Shown one piece after another: positions 35,592 through 44,909 of a DNA stretch of 50,170 nucleotides. The notes below the pieces were generated by a model that saw only the letters and a list, made by a program, of their open reading frames with translations, made no database searches and had not been told where the DNA came from. Within the stretch, counting starts at the first letter, position 1. Every line of letters starts with the position of its first letter. Location of the stretch: NCBI GenBank assembly GCA_016788345.1, contig JAEURO010000001.1, positions 3,812 through 53,981 on the forward strand, written 5' to 3'. The position numbers were made by a program, and so were the translations under genes. The stretch comes from Chthonomonadaceae bacterium (GTDB lineage Bacteria > Armatimonadota > Fimbriimonadia > Fimbriimonadales > Fimbriimonadaceae).

Positions 35592-38573
35592 ATGGTCGAG
35601 GTTCGCGGCGAGCCTGCTTGGCGGATCCAGACTTTTGGCGGACTCCGCGTGACCGGCCCGAATGGGCCAGTCTCTTTTCGGACACACAAGACCGCTGGGG
35701 TGTTTGCTCACTTGGCCTACTATGCCAGTCGATCGGTATCAAAGGAGATGCTGATGGAGGCCTTCTGGCCAAACACTCCGCAGGAGAAAGCGCGCCAGTC
35801 GCTGCGGACTGCCGTCTCCGCGATCCGAATCGAGATCGAGAAAGCGGGAAGCGTTCCGGCCAATTGGATCCATTCCACCCATCGGGCGCTAGAAATCGGG
35901 TCCGACTGCTTCGAAGTCGATACCGCCCGGTTTCGACAGTTACTGACCCTGTCCAGGAACCAGGATGCCGACACCAAAGTCAAGACTCTTACAGCCGCCT
36001 GCGAACTCTACTTGGGCCCCTTCTTGCCCGATTTTTCCGAAGAATGGGTCGTCCCCCAGACCCTGGAATTGGAAGAGCAGTACGTCCAGGCAGTCAGCGA
36101 ACTTTCTCCGCTCTTGTCTGCAATTGGAAACCCAGGGCAAGCGATCGAAGTCGCGTCTCGGGCAGTGACTCTATGTCCGGGGCGAGAAGAAGTGCACATT
36201 GCACTCATGAAAGCGTTTGCCGCGGCAGGCAGGGCCACGTCGGCCATCGCTCAGTTCGAACTTATGGAGAAGATGCTGGACGAGGAGTGGGGCGAATCGC
36301 CCTCGTCCGAAGCCCTTGCCGTCCTAGACAATCTTCCTCGGGCACAAAGCCAGAACCGACACACGACCGGAGATTCCCAAAGAGATGAGGAGGACCTTCA
36401 ACTGACTGCTGTTGCTGAAAGGGTTCCTGCCACCACGGGAGGGTTCTACGGACGCAGCCTTGATGTCGACGATGTTTGCCGCGCCCTTAGGCCAGGGTCT
36501 TCTGCAACACGTTGTCTCACTTTGACCGGACTCGGAGGGAGCGGCAAGACCCGATTGGCACAGGCAGTGGCCCTGGCTCTCGACGAGCCATTTCGAGGAA
36601 GAGTGTGGTTCGTCCCTTTGGCTGGAGTCGCATCGTCGGATCATGTCGCAGACGCGGTTCTGGGCCAGGTCAATCCAGACCTTGTCGTCGGCCCAGAGCC
36701 AATGGCTGATCTCAGTAAGTCTCTCAACGGGGCTCCTTCGTTCATCGTCCTGGACAATCTTGAGTCTGTTTTCCCTAGCGTAAAGACGATTATCGAACTG
36801 ATGCTGAGGGCTTGTCCTGAGTTGACAATTCTCTCGACATCGCGGTGGCCGATCGGCTCAGACCTTGAGGTGGTCAGGCCGGTGGGGCCCCTAGAGTTGC
36901 CTAAGGACTATCATGACTTACCCGCCATGCGGTCAAATCCGTGCGTCCAGCTGTTTGTCGAGCGAGGAAACTCGGTCCGACCTGGATTTCAAGTCAGTGC
37001 GATCAATGCGCGAGGCGTGTACGAGCTGTGCTGCCGCCTAGGTGGGCTGCCGCTGGCACTTGAGCTTGCGGCCTCAAAACTTGCCACGAGAAGTCCAGTC
37101 CAAATCCTCTCTATGATCAGCGAGACACTCGATCTTTCGACCGACGACATGAGGGTCGAGGAACGCCACCGCAGCTTGCGTACGGTTGTTAAGTGGAACT
37201 GCGACCAACTCGACGACGATTGCCTGAGATCGTTCGTGAAGCTGTCAGTGTGCCAGGGAGGCTGGGAGAGCGACCTGGCTGAGGCGGTCCTTGGCCAAAG
37301 TGCAGAAAGCCATGTCCCTTCTTTGATTGGAGCCTCGCTGGTCTATTGGTCTGAAAGCGAGGAAAGCGTTCGGTTCGACATGCTGGAATCCGTGCGTGAA
37401 TACGCTCTGGAATTGAGAAAGGCAGAGCCAGAACTCAGCAAGGAAGCCGTCATCGACCATGCTCAGTTTTTCACGGAACTGTGCGCAGAGCGGCCCCGGG
37501 GGCAGAAATCGCAAGACTGGCTTAAACGCCTTGGTAGAGAGCAGGGCAATCTGTTGGCGGTCATCAATGCTGGCGCACAAAGCCTCATCCCATCTGAATC
37601 GGCATGGACGGTCTGCGAGGCCGTTATTGAGCTCGTGAACTGGAGGGGCCGGTCCGCAGTGTGGGTTGAAAGCATGGCCCAACTTCTTGACACTACTGGG
37701 GAGTCATTGCCCTTGCCTCGGCTAGTCGAAGCTGAACTGGCAGTGGCAAAAATGTATTACGGGCTTCGAGACATCGCCGAAACTTACAATCATGCAGCCC
37801 GCGCGCTCGAAGCAGCGGACATCTCTGGCAACAAGAGCCTGCAGATCAGGGCCCGGGTCGGTATGGCAGTTCCAAGCTCTCTTATCGGCAAGTTTGACGA
37901 GGCCAAAGCAGACCTTGCTGACGCCCTGAGTCTTCTAGATGAAGGGGCCAGCCCCTCGGAGAGATTTGGTATTGAGCTCAACTTGGCATGGCTTTACTTT
38001 GATGGCGGCGATGAGCCGGGCTCGCTGCCCGGCTTTCAACGAGCTTTGGCACTGGCCGAGTCTTATGGGGAACCGGCAGACATCGTGAGTGCGCTCGTCG
38101 GCTTGGCGGTGGCGGTGGGCGAGACACAGCCAGGCGAGGCCGCCGAACTGTTCGACAGGGCGAAAGAGTTGGCAGACTCCAGGGGTCGCCGTCAGGAGGC
38201 CGCCCATTGCCTCTACTACCGGGCAATGACGGAGCACAGGGCTGGGCTTAAAGACGAATCTCTGATCCATGTTCTGCAAGCGATGTCGCTCTTTGTCGAA
38301 CATGGCATTCGGCTAGGGCAAACCATACTCACCATCGCGGGCTGCTCTTTAGCGAGTGCCGGCCGATATGAAGAGGCCGCCATTTGTTGGGGACGGGCAG
38401 AAGCGAGCCGAAAGAGGCACGGAATGAAGATGTTTCCTACACAAGCCAAGGACTATGAGCGCGAAGTCGTCAAAGTAAAACAGGCTTTAGGGCCCATGGC
38501 TTTCGGTACGGCGTCGACTTGGGGGGCAGAAACAAGCGACGAAGACTTGACCCAAAGGCTATTCAATGCCTAG
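35592..38573 (+). CDS. SARP/AfsR-like regulator: OmpR-type winged helix + BTAD + NB-ARC-like P-loop NTPase + TPR (STAND architecture)
   Basis: 993 aa with N-terminal IQTFGGLRV...LAYYA...EAFWP, BTAD-like helices and the P-loop LTGLGGSGKTRLA. The C-terminal half is helical and TPR-like. Confidence 0.78.
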   Translation: MVEVRGEPAWRIQTFGGLRVTGPNGPVSFRTHKTAGVFAHLAYYASRSVSKEMLMEAFWPNTPQEKARQSLRTAVSAIRIEIEKAGSVPANWIHSTHRALEIGSDCFEVDTARFRQLLTLSRNQDADTKVKTLTAACELYLGPFLPDFSEEWVVPQTLELEEQYVQAVSELSPLLSAIGNPGQAIEVASRAVTLCPGREEVHIALMKAFAAAGRATSAIAQFELMEKMLDEEWGESPSSEALAVLDNLPRAQSQNRHTTGDSQRDEEDLQLTAVAERVPATTGGFYGRSLDVDDVCRALRPGSSATRCLTLTGLGGSGKTRLAQAVALALDEPFRGRVWFVPLAGVASSDHVADAVLGQVNPDLVVGPEPMADLSKSLNGAPSFIVLDNLESVFPSVKTIIELMLRACPELTILSTSRWPIGSDLEVVRPVGPLELPKDYHDLPAMRSNPCVQLFVERGNSVRPGFQVSAINARGVYELCCRLGGLPLALELAASKLATRSPVQILSMISETLDLSTDDMRVEERHRSLRTVVKWNCDQLDDDCLRSFVKLSVCQGGWESDLAEAVLGQSAESHVPSLIGASLVYWSESEESVRFDMLESVREYALELRKAEPELSKEAVIDHAQFFTELCAERPRGQKSQDWLKRLGREQGNLLAVINAGAQSLIPSESAWTVCEAVIELVNWRGRSAVWVESMAQLLDTTGESLPLPRLVEAELAVAKMYYGLRDIAETYNHAARALEAADISGNKSLQIRARVGMAVPSSLIGKFDEAKADLADALSLLDEGASPSERFGIELNLAWLYFDGGDEPGSLPGFQRALALAESYGEPADIVSALVGLAVAVGETQPGEAAELFDRAKELADSRGRRQEAAHCLYYRAMTEHRAGLKDESLIHVLQAMSLFVEHGIRLGQTILTIAGCSLASAGRYEEAAICWGRAEASRKRHGMKMFPTQAKDYEREVVKVKQALGPMAFGTASTWGAETSDEDLTQRLFNA

Positions 38574-38686
38574 CCGTGACGTACAAGTCCGACAAAGGAT
38601 CGCTCCAGTTTGAACGCTGTAAGGCTGCTAGTGGAGCCAAAATACTTCGAGAAAAGCAGCTCCGTGCGGCCAGGTACGATTCCAGG

Positions 38687-39628
38687 ATGTTGCTGACCCT
38701 TGCGGTGGCTATGGATTTGACTTCGGATCGAATTGATTTGGATGGCGACGGAGCCCGTAGAATCGTTCTCATCGCCGGTGACGAAGAGTACCGGTCGGAG
38801 GAAATGCTGCCCCAATTGGCTTCGATTCTCGAAAAGAGGCATGGGTTCAAGTGCGACGTTCTCCACTCGATTGCCCAGGACGGAACCATTGACCCGACGG
38901 TCACCACCAACGAACCTAGGCTTGACCTGTTGGACAGGGCCAATCTCGTCATTATCATGACCCGCTTCCGCTGCTGGCCAGATGCTCAAATGGCGCGTTT
39001 CGTGAAGTACGTCGAGTCAAAAAAACCCATCATTGGGATTAGGACGGCGACCCACGCCTTCGCTTACCCAAAGGACAGCCCTAGCCCTTTCGCCAAATTC
39101 TCGTGGGACAGCACCGTTTGGCCGGGCGGATTTGGAAAGCAGATTCTCGGCGAGACGTGGGTCGCGCACCACGGCACTCACATGGTTGAGAGCACTCGGG
39201 CTGTGCCGGCACCTGGTGCCGAACAAGACCCGATCTTGCGCGGAGTCAAAGACCTTTGGGTTCCGACTGACGTCTACGCCTCAAATCCCATGGAGAGCGA
39301 AACGCTTATGCTGGGACAGGTCTTGGACGGGATGGAGCCAGGCTCAAAGACCGTGGGCGGCACCAAGAACAGCCCGATGATTCCCGTCGCCTGGAAAAAG
39401 GAGACTGATGGGCGGCGCGTCTTCACGACAACGATGGGATCGGCTGTGGACTTCTTGAACCAGGGGTTCCGCCGGCTCTTGGTCAATGCTTGCTTCTGGT
39501 GTCTGAACAAGCCTGTACCGCGCAGGGCGAATGTGAGTTTCGTTGGAAACTATGAGCCGTCCCCCATCGGGTTTGGCAAACACAAGAAGGGCGCTTTTCC
39601 CACCAGCAGCGGGGGACGCCCTCGATGA
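38687..39628 (+). CDS. ThuA-like (class-I glutamine-amidotransferase-fold) domain protein
   Basis: RIVLIAGDEEYRSEE...LVIIMTRFR...FVKYVESKKPIIGIRTATHAF resembles ThuA-domain proteins common in PVC/Armatimonadota. The start is set at ATG 38687 to avoid overlapping the regulator. Confidence 0.5.
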   Translation: MLLTLAVAMDLTSDRIDLDGDGARRIVLIAGDEEYRSEEMLPQLASILEKRHGFKCDVLHSIAQDGTIDPTVTTNEPRLDLLDRANLVIIMTRFRCWPDAQMARFVKYVESKKPIIGIRTATHAFAYPKDSPSPFAKFSWDSTVWPGGFGKQILGETWVAHHGTHMVESTRAVPAPGAEQDPILRGVKDLWVPTDVYASNPMESETLMLGQVLDGMEPGSKTVGGTKNSPMIPVAWKKETDGRRVFTTTMGSAVDFLNQGFRRLLVNACFWCLNKPVPRRANVSFVGNYEPSPIGFGKHKKGAFPTSSGGRPR

Positions 39629-39635
39629 TTTCGGC

Positions 39636-39917
39636 TTAGCCGATCGTCGCGACTTTCAACTTTCCCGGGCCATCAAGCGAGACGCACGCAAGGCGGCTGC
39701 TGACGGCGACGACGGTCGCCATATGGGGAAGAATGTTAATTTCCGTTGCCATATTGTCCATGTTGTGCGAGGGGTAGCTGCGCAAGTTGATTGTTGATTC
39801 ACCCATGTTGTGAATCACGAACGTCCGGTTCAGTGGCTGTGCGTCGCCTTCTGCCAGTCGGACTTCTTGTTTTGCAGGAAGGAAAATGTCGAAAAGGGTG
39901 TTGAGGTTTTCTGCCAT
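39636..39917 (-). CDS. Hypothetical protein (93 aa)
   Basis: ORF only, divergent from hmgA. No family recognised. Confidence 0.3.
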   Translation of the reverse strand: MAENLNTLFDIFLPAKQEVRLAEGDAQPLNRTFVIHNMGESTINLRSYPSHNMDNMATEINILPHMATVVAVSSRLACVSLDGPGKLKVATIG

Positions 39918-40135
39918 CGTTTAGTCTTGAGCCAGGTTTTTTCTGACCATTCATCCAAACTCGCATTTTGGTTCTTTTGACTCAGGGTGGGACGCCTCCA
40001 GTTTTGGTACCAGGGAACCCAAAAGAGATGTGGTCGGAAGCGTCATGGCTTCGCTTCCTTGCGCTTCTAGATGCAGATTCAAGACAAAAATGTATACACC
40101 GGGATATCCGCCCAGCCCCCGAGTAAACTACAACC

Positions 40136-41296
40136 ATGCCACGCTACCACCGACTGGGAAACATCCCGGCCAAGAAGCACGTCCAGTTCCGTAAGCCGGA
40201 CGGGGGGCTCTATTCCGAGCAGCTCTTCAGCACCCACGGGTTCAGCGACATGATGTCGACGATGTACCACATCAACCTGCCGACCGAGGTCGCGGGGTGG
40301 GAGGACATGGGGCCTTGCGCGCCTACCTACCTCAAGGACGAGGCCTTGAGGCACCGTCACTTCCTCACCGGCAAGCTCCAGCCCAGGGGCGACGCAATCA
40401 GCGGCCGAATCCCGCTGATGGGGAACAACGACGTTATCTGGAACCAGAGTCTCGTCGCTGACCAAATGGTTGATTTCTTCAAAAACGCCCAGGCCGACGA
40501 AATCCTCTTTGTCCATGACGGGAGCGGAACTTTAGAGTCGATGTATGGCGACGTCCCGTTCAAACCGGGCGACTACCTTGTCATCCCGAGAGGGACGATC
40601 TGGCGGATACGGTTCGACTCTTTGCCTGTCCGCATGCTCACGATCGAGAGCTACGGCCCTGTCACCATCCCAAAGAACTACCGCAACCAATATGGCCAAC
40701 TCTTGGAGGAGGCGCCCTATTCAGAGCGCGACATCCACCCCCCTGTCGAACTCAAAACCTACGACGAGGCTGGAGATTACAATGTCGTCGTCAAGGCGAG
40801 GGGACGTTACACCAAATACCACTACCGTTTCCACCCCTTTGACATCGTTGGATGGGACGGTTTTGTCTATCCTTGGAGCTTCAGCATTCACGACTTCCAA
40901 CCCATTGTTGGCAAGCTCCACATGCCGCCGCCGATCCATCAGACTTTCACAGGTTGGAATTTCGTCATTTGCTCCTTCTGTCCACGGGTACTTGATTTCC
41001 ATCCCGAGGCAATTGTGATCCCCTACAACCACTCTAACGTGGACAGCGACGAAGTGCTCTATTATTGCAACGACAAGTTCGGTTCAAGGAAAGGCATTCA
41101 AGAAGGGTCGATCACCATGCACCCGCTCGGCATTCCTCATGGTCCGCAGCCCGGTGCAGTTGAGGCGTCGCTAGGAGCCACGAAAACCGAGGAACTGGCC
41201 GTCATGCTGGACACCTTCCACCCGCTCTGGATGACGAAGGAAGCAGTCGAGATCGAAGACCCCGATTATTGGAAGAGTTGGCAGACTAAAAAGTAG
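40136..41296 (+). CDS. hmgA: Homogentisate 1,2-dioxygenase (short, Bacillus-type)
   Basis: 386 aa. MPRYHRLGNIPAKKHVQFRKPDGGLYSEQLF...HGF matches the N-terminus of ~380-aa HmgA proteins, and a cupin core with His ligands lies near HPLGIPHGP. Confidence 0.8.
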   Translation: MPRYHRLGNIPAKKHVQFRKPDGGLYSEQLFSTHGFSDMMSTMYHINLPTEVAGWEDMGPCAPTYLKDEALRHRHFLTGKLQPRGDAISGRIPLMGNNDVIWNQSLVADQMVDFFKNAQADEILFVHDGSGTLESMYGDVPFKPGDYLVIPRGTIWRIRFDSLPVRMLTIESYGPVTIPKNYRNQYGQLLEEAPYSERDIHPPVELKTYDEAGDYNVVVKARGRYTKYHYRFHPFDIVGWDGFVYPWSFSIHDFQPIVGKLHMPPPIHQTFTGWNFVICSFCPRVLDFHPEAIVIPYNHSNVDSDEVLYYCNDKFGSRKGIQEGSITMHPLGIPHGPQPGAVEASLGATKTEELAVMLDTFHPLWMTKEAVEIEDPDYWKSWQTKK

Positions 41297-41298
41297 GT

Positions 41299-42951
41299 TC
41301 AAACAACCGTCGTTCGAGAGAGTCCGCGCCCATGCGCGGGCCCGATCGGTTTGACTGCCGCGACTGACTCCGGTTCAAAGTCGAGAAGCTTCAACCAATC
41401 TTCCATGGCATCGGTCTTCGGGAAAATCTCGTTTTCAGCGAACTCGGATTCAACTGCATGCTGGAGATCGTCGATTTTCAATCCACCACCGTCCGCGTGC
41501 TTCGAATCAATTTCGCGCCTTATGGCTGTATCTTTTGCACGGTCGACAACCGATTTAAGCAATGCGCCCGAAACAAAGTCGCACCAATGTAAAACCTGCA
41601 TCGATCCGTTTTTCATCATGACGCGCACAAATTCCGATTTCTTTGTCGACTGCCAAACGTGAGTCAGCGTCGCTTCAATCATGGCCCGTCTGGCACATTC
41701 GGGCTCATCATGTTCAGTGACCAGGGCGGGGTCAATCGGCAGTTTGTCGTGCAGATAGATATTGAGGATGGCGCGTGTCGAATCTTTGTCGGGGCGAGAA
41801 ATCTTGACCTTACGGTCGATGCGTTCCGGACGGAGGATCGCCGGGTCGATGTAGTCCGGTCTGTTCGACGTGAGAACGAGAACCACATTGTCGAGACCGA
41901 TGAGTCCGTCCATTTCGGCGCAGAACTGCGGCACGACGGTGTTAGATATGTTCAACCAACGCCCACTCGAGCGAGTGCGTAGAATTGACTCCGCCTCATC
42001 GATAAAGATAACCACCAACTGCCCTTCCTTGGACTTTTCACGTGCAATTGAGAAAATCTCCCTCACCATGCGCTCGGTCTCTCCCAGCCACATGTTCAAG
42101 ATTTTCGGACCGCTGATATGAAGGAAGCACTCCTTAACTTCGTGCCCTTCTTGGGCTGAACGCTCCCTAGCGAGGTTCCAGGCGATCGCTTTCCCAATAA
42201 GCGTCTTTCCGCACCCAGGCGGCCCAAAAAGCAGAACTCCTTTGATTGGTCGCTTATCGTATTTTTGGTAGAGCTCAGGGTACAAGCGGGGGGCCTCGAT
42301 GGTCTCACGGATCAGGGCGATAGCTGACTCTTGTCCACCAATGGAGGACCAAGGAGTGGGTGGAACGTCTTCGGCAAAATATTCCTTGGATTCCGGCCTC
42401 CCAAAGTGTTCTATGGCAAGGCGGCCTGTCGGTTCAATCCGAACTTCATCACCGGCATGGATGGTGGCGTCTTCCAAGGCGTGTGACCGGCGGACGAGCC
42501 TTCCTTGGGCGTTTTGCTGATCTGTCCCTACGCGCAATCGGCCGTCTTCCAGAGTTTCGGCGACCTTCGAGAGCGTCCCAATATCGAGATCCAGAGCTGG
42601 CCCAACCACTGCATAGGCTTCATTGAGCCGGACACGAGTTCCGGGCTGCAAGGATTTGAGGTCGAGCGCGGGGTCGACTGTGGCCACATATTCGGTATCT
42701 CCGAGCGTGACCGCCACTGTGCCATCATCTAGGATTTGGAGTACGGTCGCCACGCGGTTTGCAGGCTGGGTGAGTTTTTCATAGGCTTGTTGGAATGCAG
42801 CGATCGCATTCGCTTGTTCGTCAGCACGAACCTTGCTCTCAGTCACAAGATCCTTTAGGGTTGAGAGATATGTGCGAGTCTTTGGGTCTGTCCCGCCCAA
42901 GCTGTCTTCGAGTCTTCGGATCAATTCGAGGGCTTCGTCGTCTCGCTCCAT
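41299..42951 (-). CDS. ARC/Mpa-like AAA+ ATPase (coiled coil + OB domains + AAA)
   Basis: 550 aa with an N-terminal coiled coil and OB-like VATVLQILDDGTVAVTLGDTEYVATV...LQPGTRVRLNE. Then WSSIGGQESAIALIRETIEAPRLYPELYQKYDKRPIKGVLLFGPPGCGKTLIGKAIA is closely Mpa/ARC-like. Walker B is VVIFIDEAES. Confidence 0.8.
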   Translation of the reverse strand: MERDDEALELIRRLEDSLGGTDPKTRTYLSTLKDLVTESKVRADEQANAIAAFQQAYEKLTQPANRVATVLQILDDGTVAVTLGDTEYVATVDPALDLKSLQPGTRVRLNEAYAVVGPALDLDIGTLSKVAETLEDGRLRVGTDQQNAQGRLVRRSHALEDATIHAGDEVRIEPTGRLAIEHFGRPESKEYFAEDVPPTPWSSIGGQESAIALIRETIEAPRLYPELYQKYDKRPIKGVLLFGPPGCGKTLIGKAIAWNLARERSAQEGHEVKECFLHISGPKILNMWLGETERMVREIFSIAREKSKEGQLVVIFIDEAESILRTRSSGRWLNISNTVVPQFCAEMDGLIGLDNVVLVLTSNRPDYIDPAILRPERIDRKVKISRPDKDSTRAILNIYLHDKLPIDPALVTEHDEPECARRAMIEATLTHVWQSTKKSEFVRVMMKNGSMQVLHWCDFVSGALLKSVVDRAKDTAIRREIDSKHADGGGLKIDDLQHAVESEFAENEIFPKTDAMEDWLKLLDFEPESVAAVKPIGPAHGRGLSRTTVV

Positions 42952-43007
42952 GCTCGGTTCTACGTTTGATTCTACCGGCGGTTCCTGAAGTTTGGTAGCA
43001 TGGACTA

Positions 43008-43796
43008 ATGGGGTCGTTGGTGGGACTCAGGATCTATCCTGTAAAGTCCATGCGGGGGATGGAGCAGCCAGAAGCTGTAGTCGAAAGCCGAGGTCTCAAG
43101 GGCGACCGGCGTTGGATGGTTTGTGACCATGATGGTAAGTTTCTGACACAAAGAAATGTCCACGAACTGGCGCAGTACTCTGTACGTTACGTGGGATCGA
43201 GTCTTCAAATCAATCATCCTCAGAACGGCCTTGCCCTTGTTGGCCAACCCGTAAAACCAGTCAAACCGATCCAGGTTTGGAACGATACAGTCGACGCCGT
43301 CGTGGCCAGTTCAGTTGTCAATCAATGGCTCAGCAAGGCGCTCGCAAGGCCTGTCGAGCTCTGCTACATGCCAGACAGCACGATCAGGACTACACATCAA
43401 GACTTCTCGGATCCAGGCGACCATGTGAGTTTTGCAGACGGGTTCCCTTTGTTGCTCACAAACGTGGCGTCGCTCGACGAGATGAACTCGCATCTGGACG
43501 CACATGTGAGCGTGGACCGTTTTCGACCCAATGTGATTGTGGAGGGTTTTGAGGCATGGGCCGAGGAATCGTGGAGCGGCGTCCAGATTGGAGAAGTGAA
43601 ATTCAAGTGTGCAAAGTTGTGCGGCAGGTGCATCGTCACGACCCTCAACCCCTTGACCGGAGAAAGCTTGGGCACCGAACCCTTGAATTATTTGTCCAAG
43701 CACCGGTTGAAAGGACAGGCAGCCATCTTCGGCGTCAACCTCATCCCGATGACTCCTGGTGTGATTCGAATGGGCGAAATCGTCGTGCCCATTTGA
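43008..43796 (+). CDS. MOSC domain protein (MOSC_N beta-barrel + MOSC)
   Basis: [11 protein letters not shown]...[10 protein letters not shown]... precedes a C-terminal MOSC region with the conserved Cys (CGRCIVTT). Confidence 0.85.
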   Translation: MGSLVGLRIYPVKSMRGMEQPEAVVESRGLKGDRRWMVCDHDGKFLTQRNVHELAQYSVRYVGSSLQINHPQNGLALVGQPVKPVKPIQVWNDTVDAVVASSVVNQWLSKALARPVELCYMPDSTIRTTHQDFSDPGDHVSFADGFPLLLTNVASLDEMNSHLDAHVSVDRFRPNVIVEGFEAWAEESWSGVQIGEVKFKCAKLCGRCIVTTLNPLTGESLGTEPLNYLSKHRLKGQAAIFGVNLIPMTPGVIRMGEIVVPI

Positions 43797-43831
43797 GCCA
43801 ACAACACGCGTGCGTCCGGTACAATGCATCC

Positions 43832-44395
43832 ATGCCAAAGAGGATCGAGACGGTCGTCTTCCACGACTCTAGCACCCCGGTGCTGGGCGATGTCCAAAAA
43901 GCTGGCTCGGTCGTCGTGACGAACTTCGACACTCTTCTCAACCAAGCCCGGGCGAATGCGCTTTGGCCCCTCACATTTGGGCTTGCTTGCTGTGCCATCG
44001 AGATGATGGCGTCTGTCGCGTCGCGTTTCGACCTCGCCCGCTTTGGATCCGAAGCCTTCCGCGCCACTCCACGGCAAGCCGACGTCATGATCATTGCAGG
44101 CAGGTTGAGCAAGAAGATGGCACCTGTCTTACGGCAGATTTACGACCAAATGCCTGAACCAAAGTGGGTGATCTCGATGGGTGCCTGTGCGTCTAGCGGC
44201 GGTGTCTACAACAACTATGCCATCGTCCAAGGCGCGGATCAAGTTGTGCCCGTTGACGTCTACGTCCCTGGGTGCCCTCCTTCGCCAGACGCCCTGATCT
44301 ATGCCGTCATGAAACTGCAACAAAAGATCAAGCACAACAAATTTGGAAAGCTGATCGAGCTCAAGCCGAGAACCTTGGAAGAGGAGAGCGCCTAA
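43832..44395 (+). CDS. nuoB: NADH-quinone oxidoreductase subunit B (NuoB / 20-kDa, N2 cluster)
   Basis: Has [23 protein letters not shown] and VPGCPP. The start is the internal ATG at 43832. Confidence 0.92.
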   Translation: MPKRIETVVFHDSSTPVLGDVQKAGSVVVTNFDTLLNQARANALWPLTFGLACCAIEMMASVASRFDLARFGSEAFRATPRQADVMIIAGRLSKKMAPVLRQIYDQMPEPKWVISMGACASSGGVYNNYAIVQGADQVVPVDVYVPGCPPSPDALIYAVMKLQQKIKHNKFGKLIELKPRTLEEESA

Positions 44396-44863
44396 ATGCC
44401 GTTTGAAGTCTTTCGAGATGTCGCCAAGCCGATTTTAGCTGGTTTTGGGATCACGGCCAAGCGCTTGGTGCAACAGGTCACAGAAGGGAAGGGAGTCACA
44501 GTCCAGTATCCCGAGGAACGGAGAGAGCAGTTCGGACGGACAAGGTGGCGACATGTCCTGACTCGATACGACTCTGGACTAGAGAAGTGCATTGGCTGCT
44601 CGCTTTGTGCCGGTGCCTGCCCCGCCAAATGCATCTATGTCGAGGCCGCCGAGAACACAGACGAAGATCGAAAGTCGCCTGGTGAGCGGTATGCCGCACG
44701 CTACGAGATCAACATGTTGCGGTGCATTTTTTGTGGCTATTGCCAAGAGGCCTGCCCAACGGGGGCGATTGTTCTCCGAAAGGACTTTGAACTGGCCAAC
44801 TATGAAAGGGAGGATTTCGTCTACACGAAAGAAATGCTTCTTGAGCCGGTTCGGAGTCTGTAG
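44396..44863 (+). CDS. nuoI: NADH-quinone oxidoreductase subunit I (NuoI, 2x[4Fe-4S])
   Basis: Has [12 protein letters not shown] and [12 protein letters not shown]. It starts on the nucleotide after the nuoB stop. Confidence 0.9.
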   Translation: MPFEVFRDVAKPILAGFGITAKRLVQQVTEGKGVTVQYPEERREQFGRTRWRHVLTRYDSGLEKCIGCSLCAGACPAKCIYVEAAENTDEDRKSPGERYAARYEINMLRCIFCGYCQEACPTGAIVLRKDFELANYEREDFVYTKEMLLEPVRSL

Positions 44864-44909
44864 GTTTCGTCTAGCCTGGTAGACTCATTGAGGGGCAAGA
44901 CTCCAGTTC

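Noticed and set aside
35592-38573. STAND NTPase as an antiviral Avs/NLR-type defence protein.
   Set aside because: The N-terminal effector position is occupied by an OmpR-type winged helix plus a BTAD domain. This is the standard SARP/AfsR transcription-factor architecture. No nuclease, protease or TIR-like effector is present.
38519-38686. Upstream 56 codons of the 369-aa ORF (ThuA-like) overlapping the regulator's 3' end.
   Set aside because: The overlap has no domain content. Homology to ThuA-type proteins begins after Met at 38687.
41299-42951. ARC-like ATPase as evidence for a local Pup-proteasome locus.
   Set aside because: No pup, dop, pafA or prcAB candidates occur in the flanking ORFs on either strand. 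Only the orphan status is reported.
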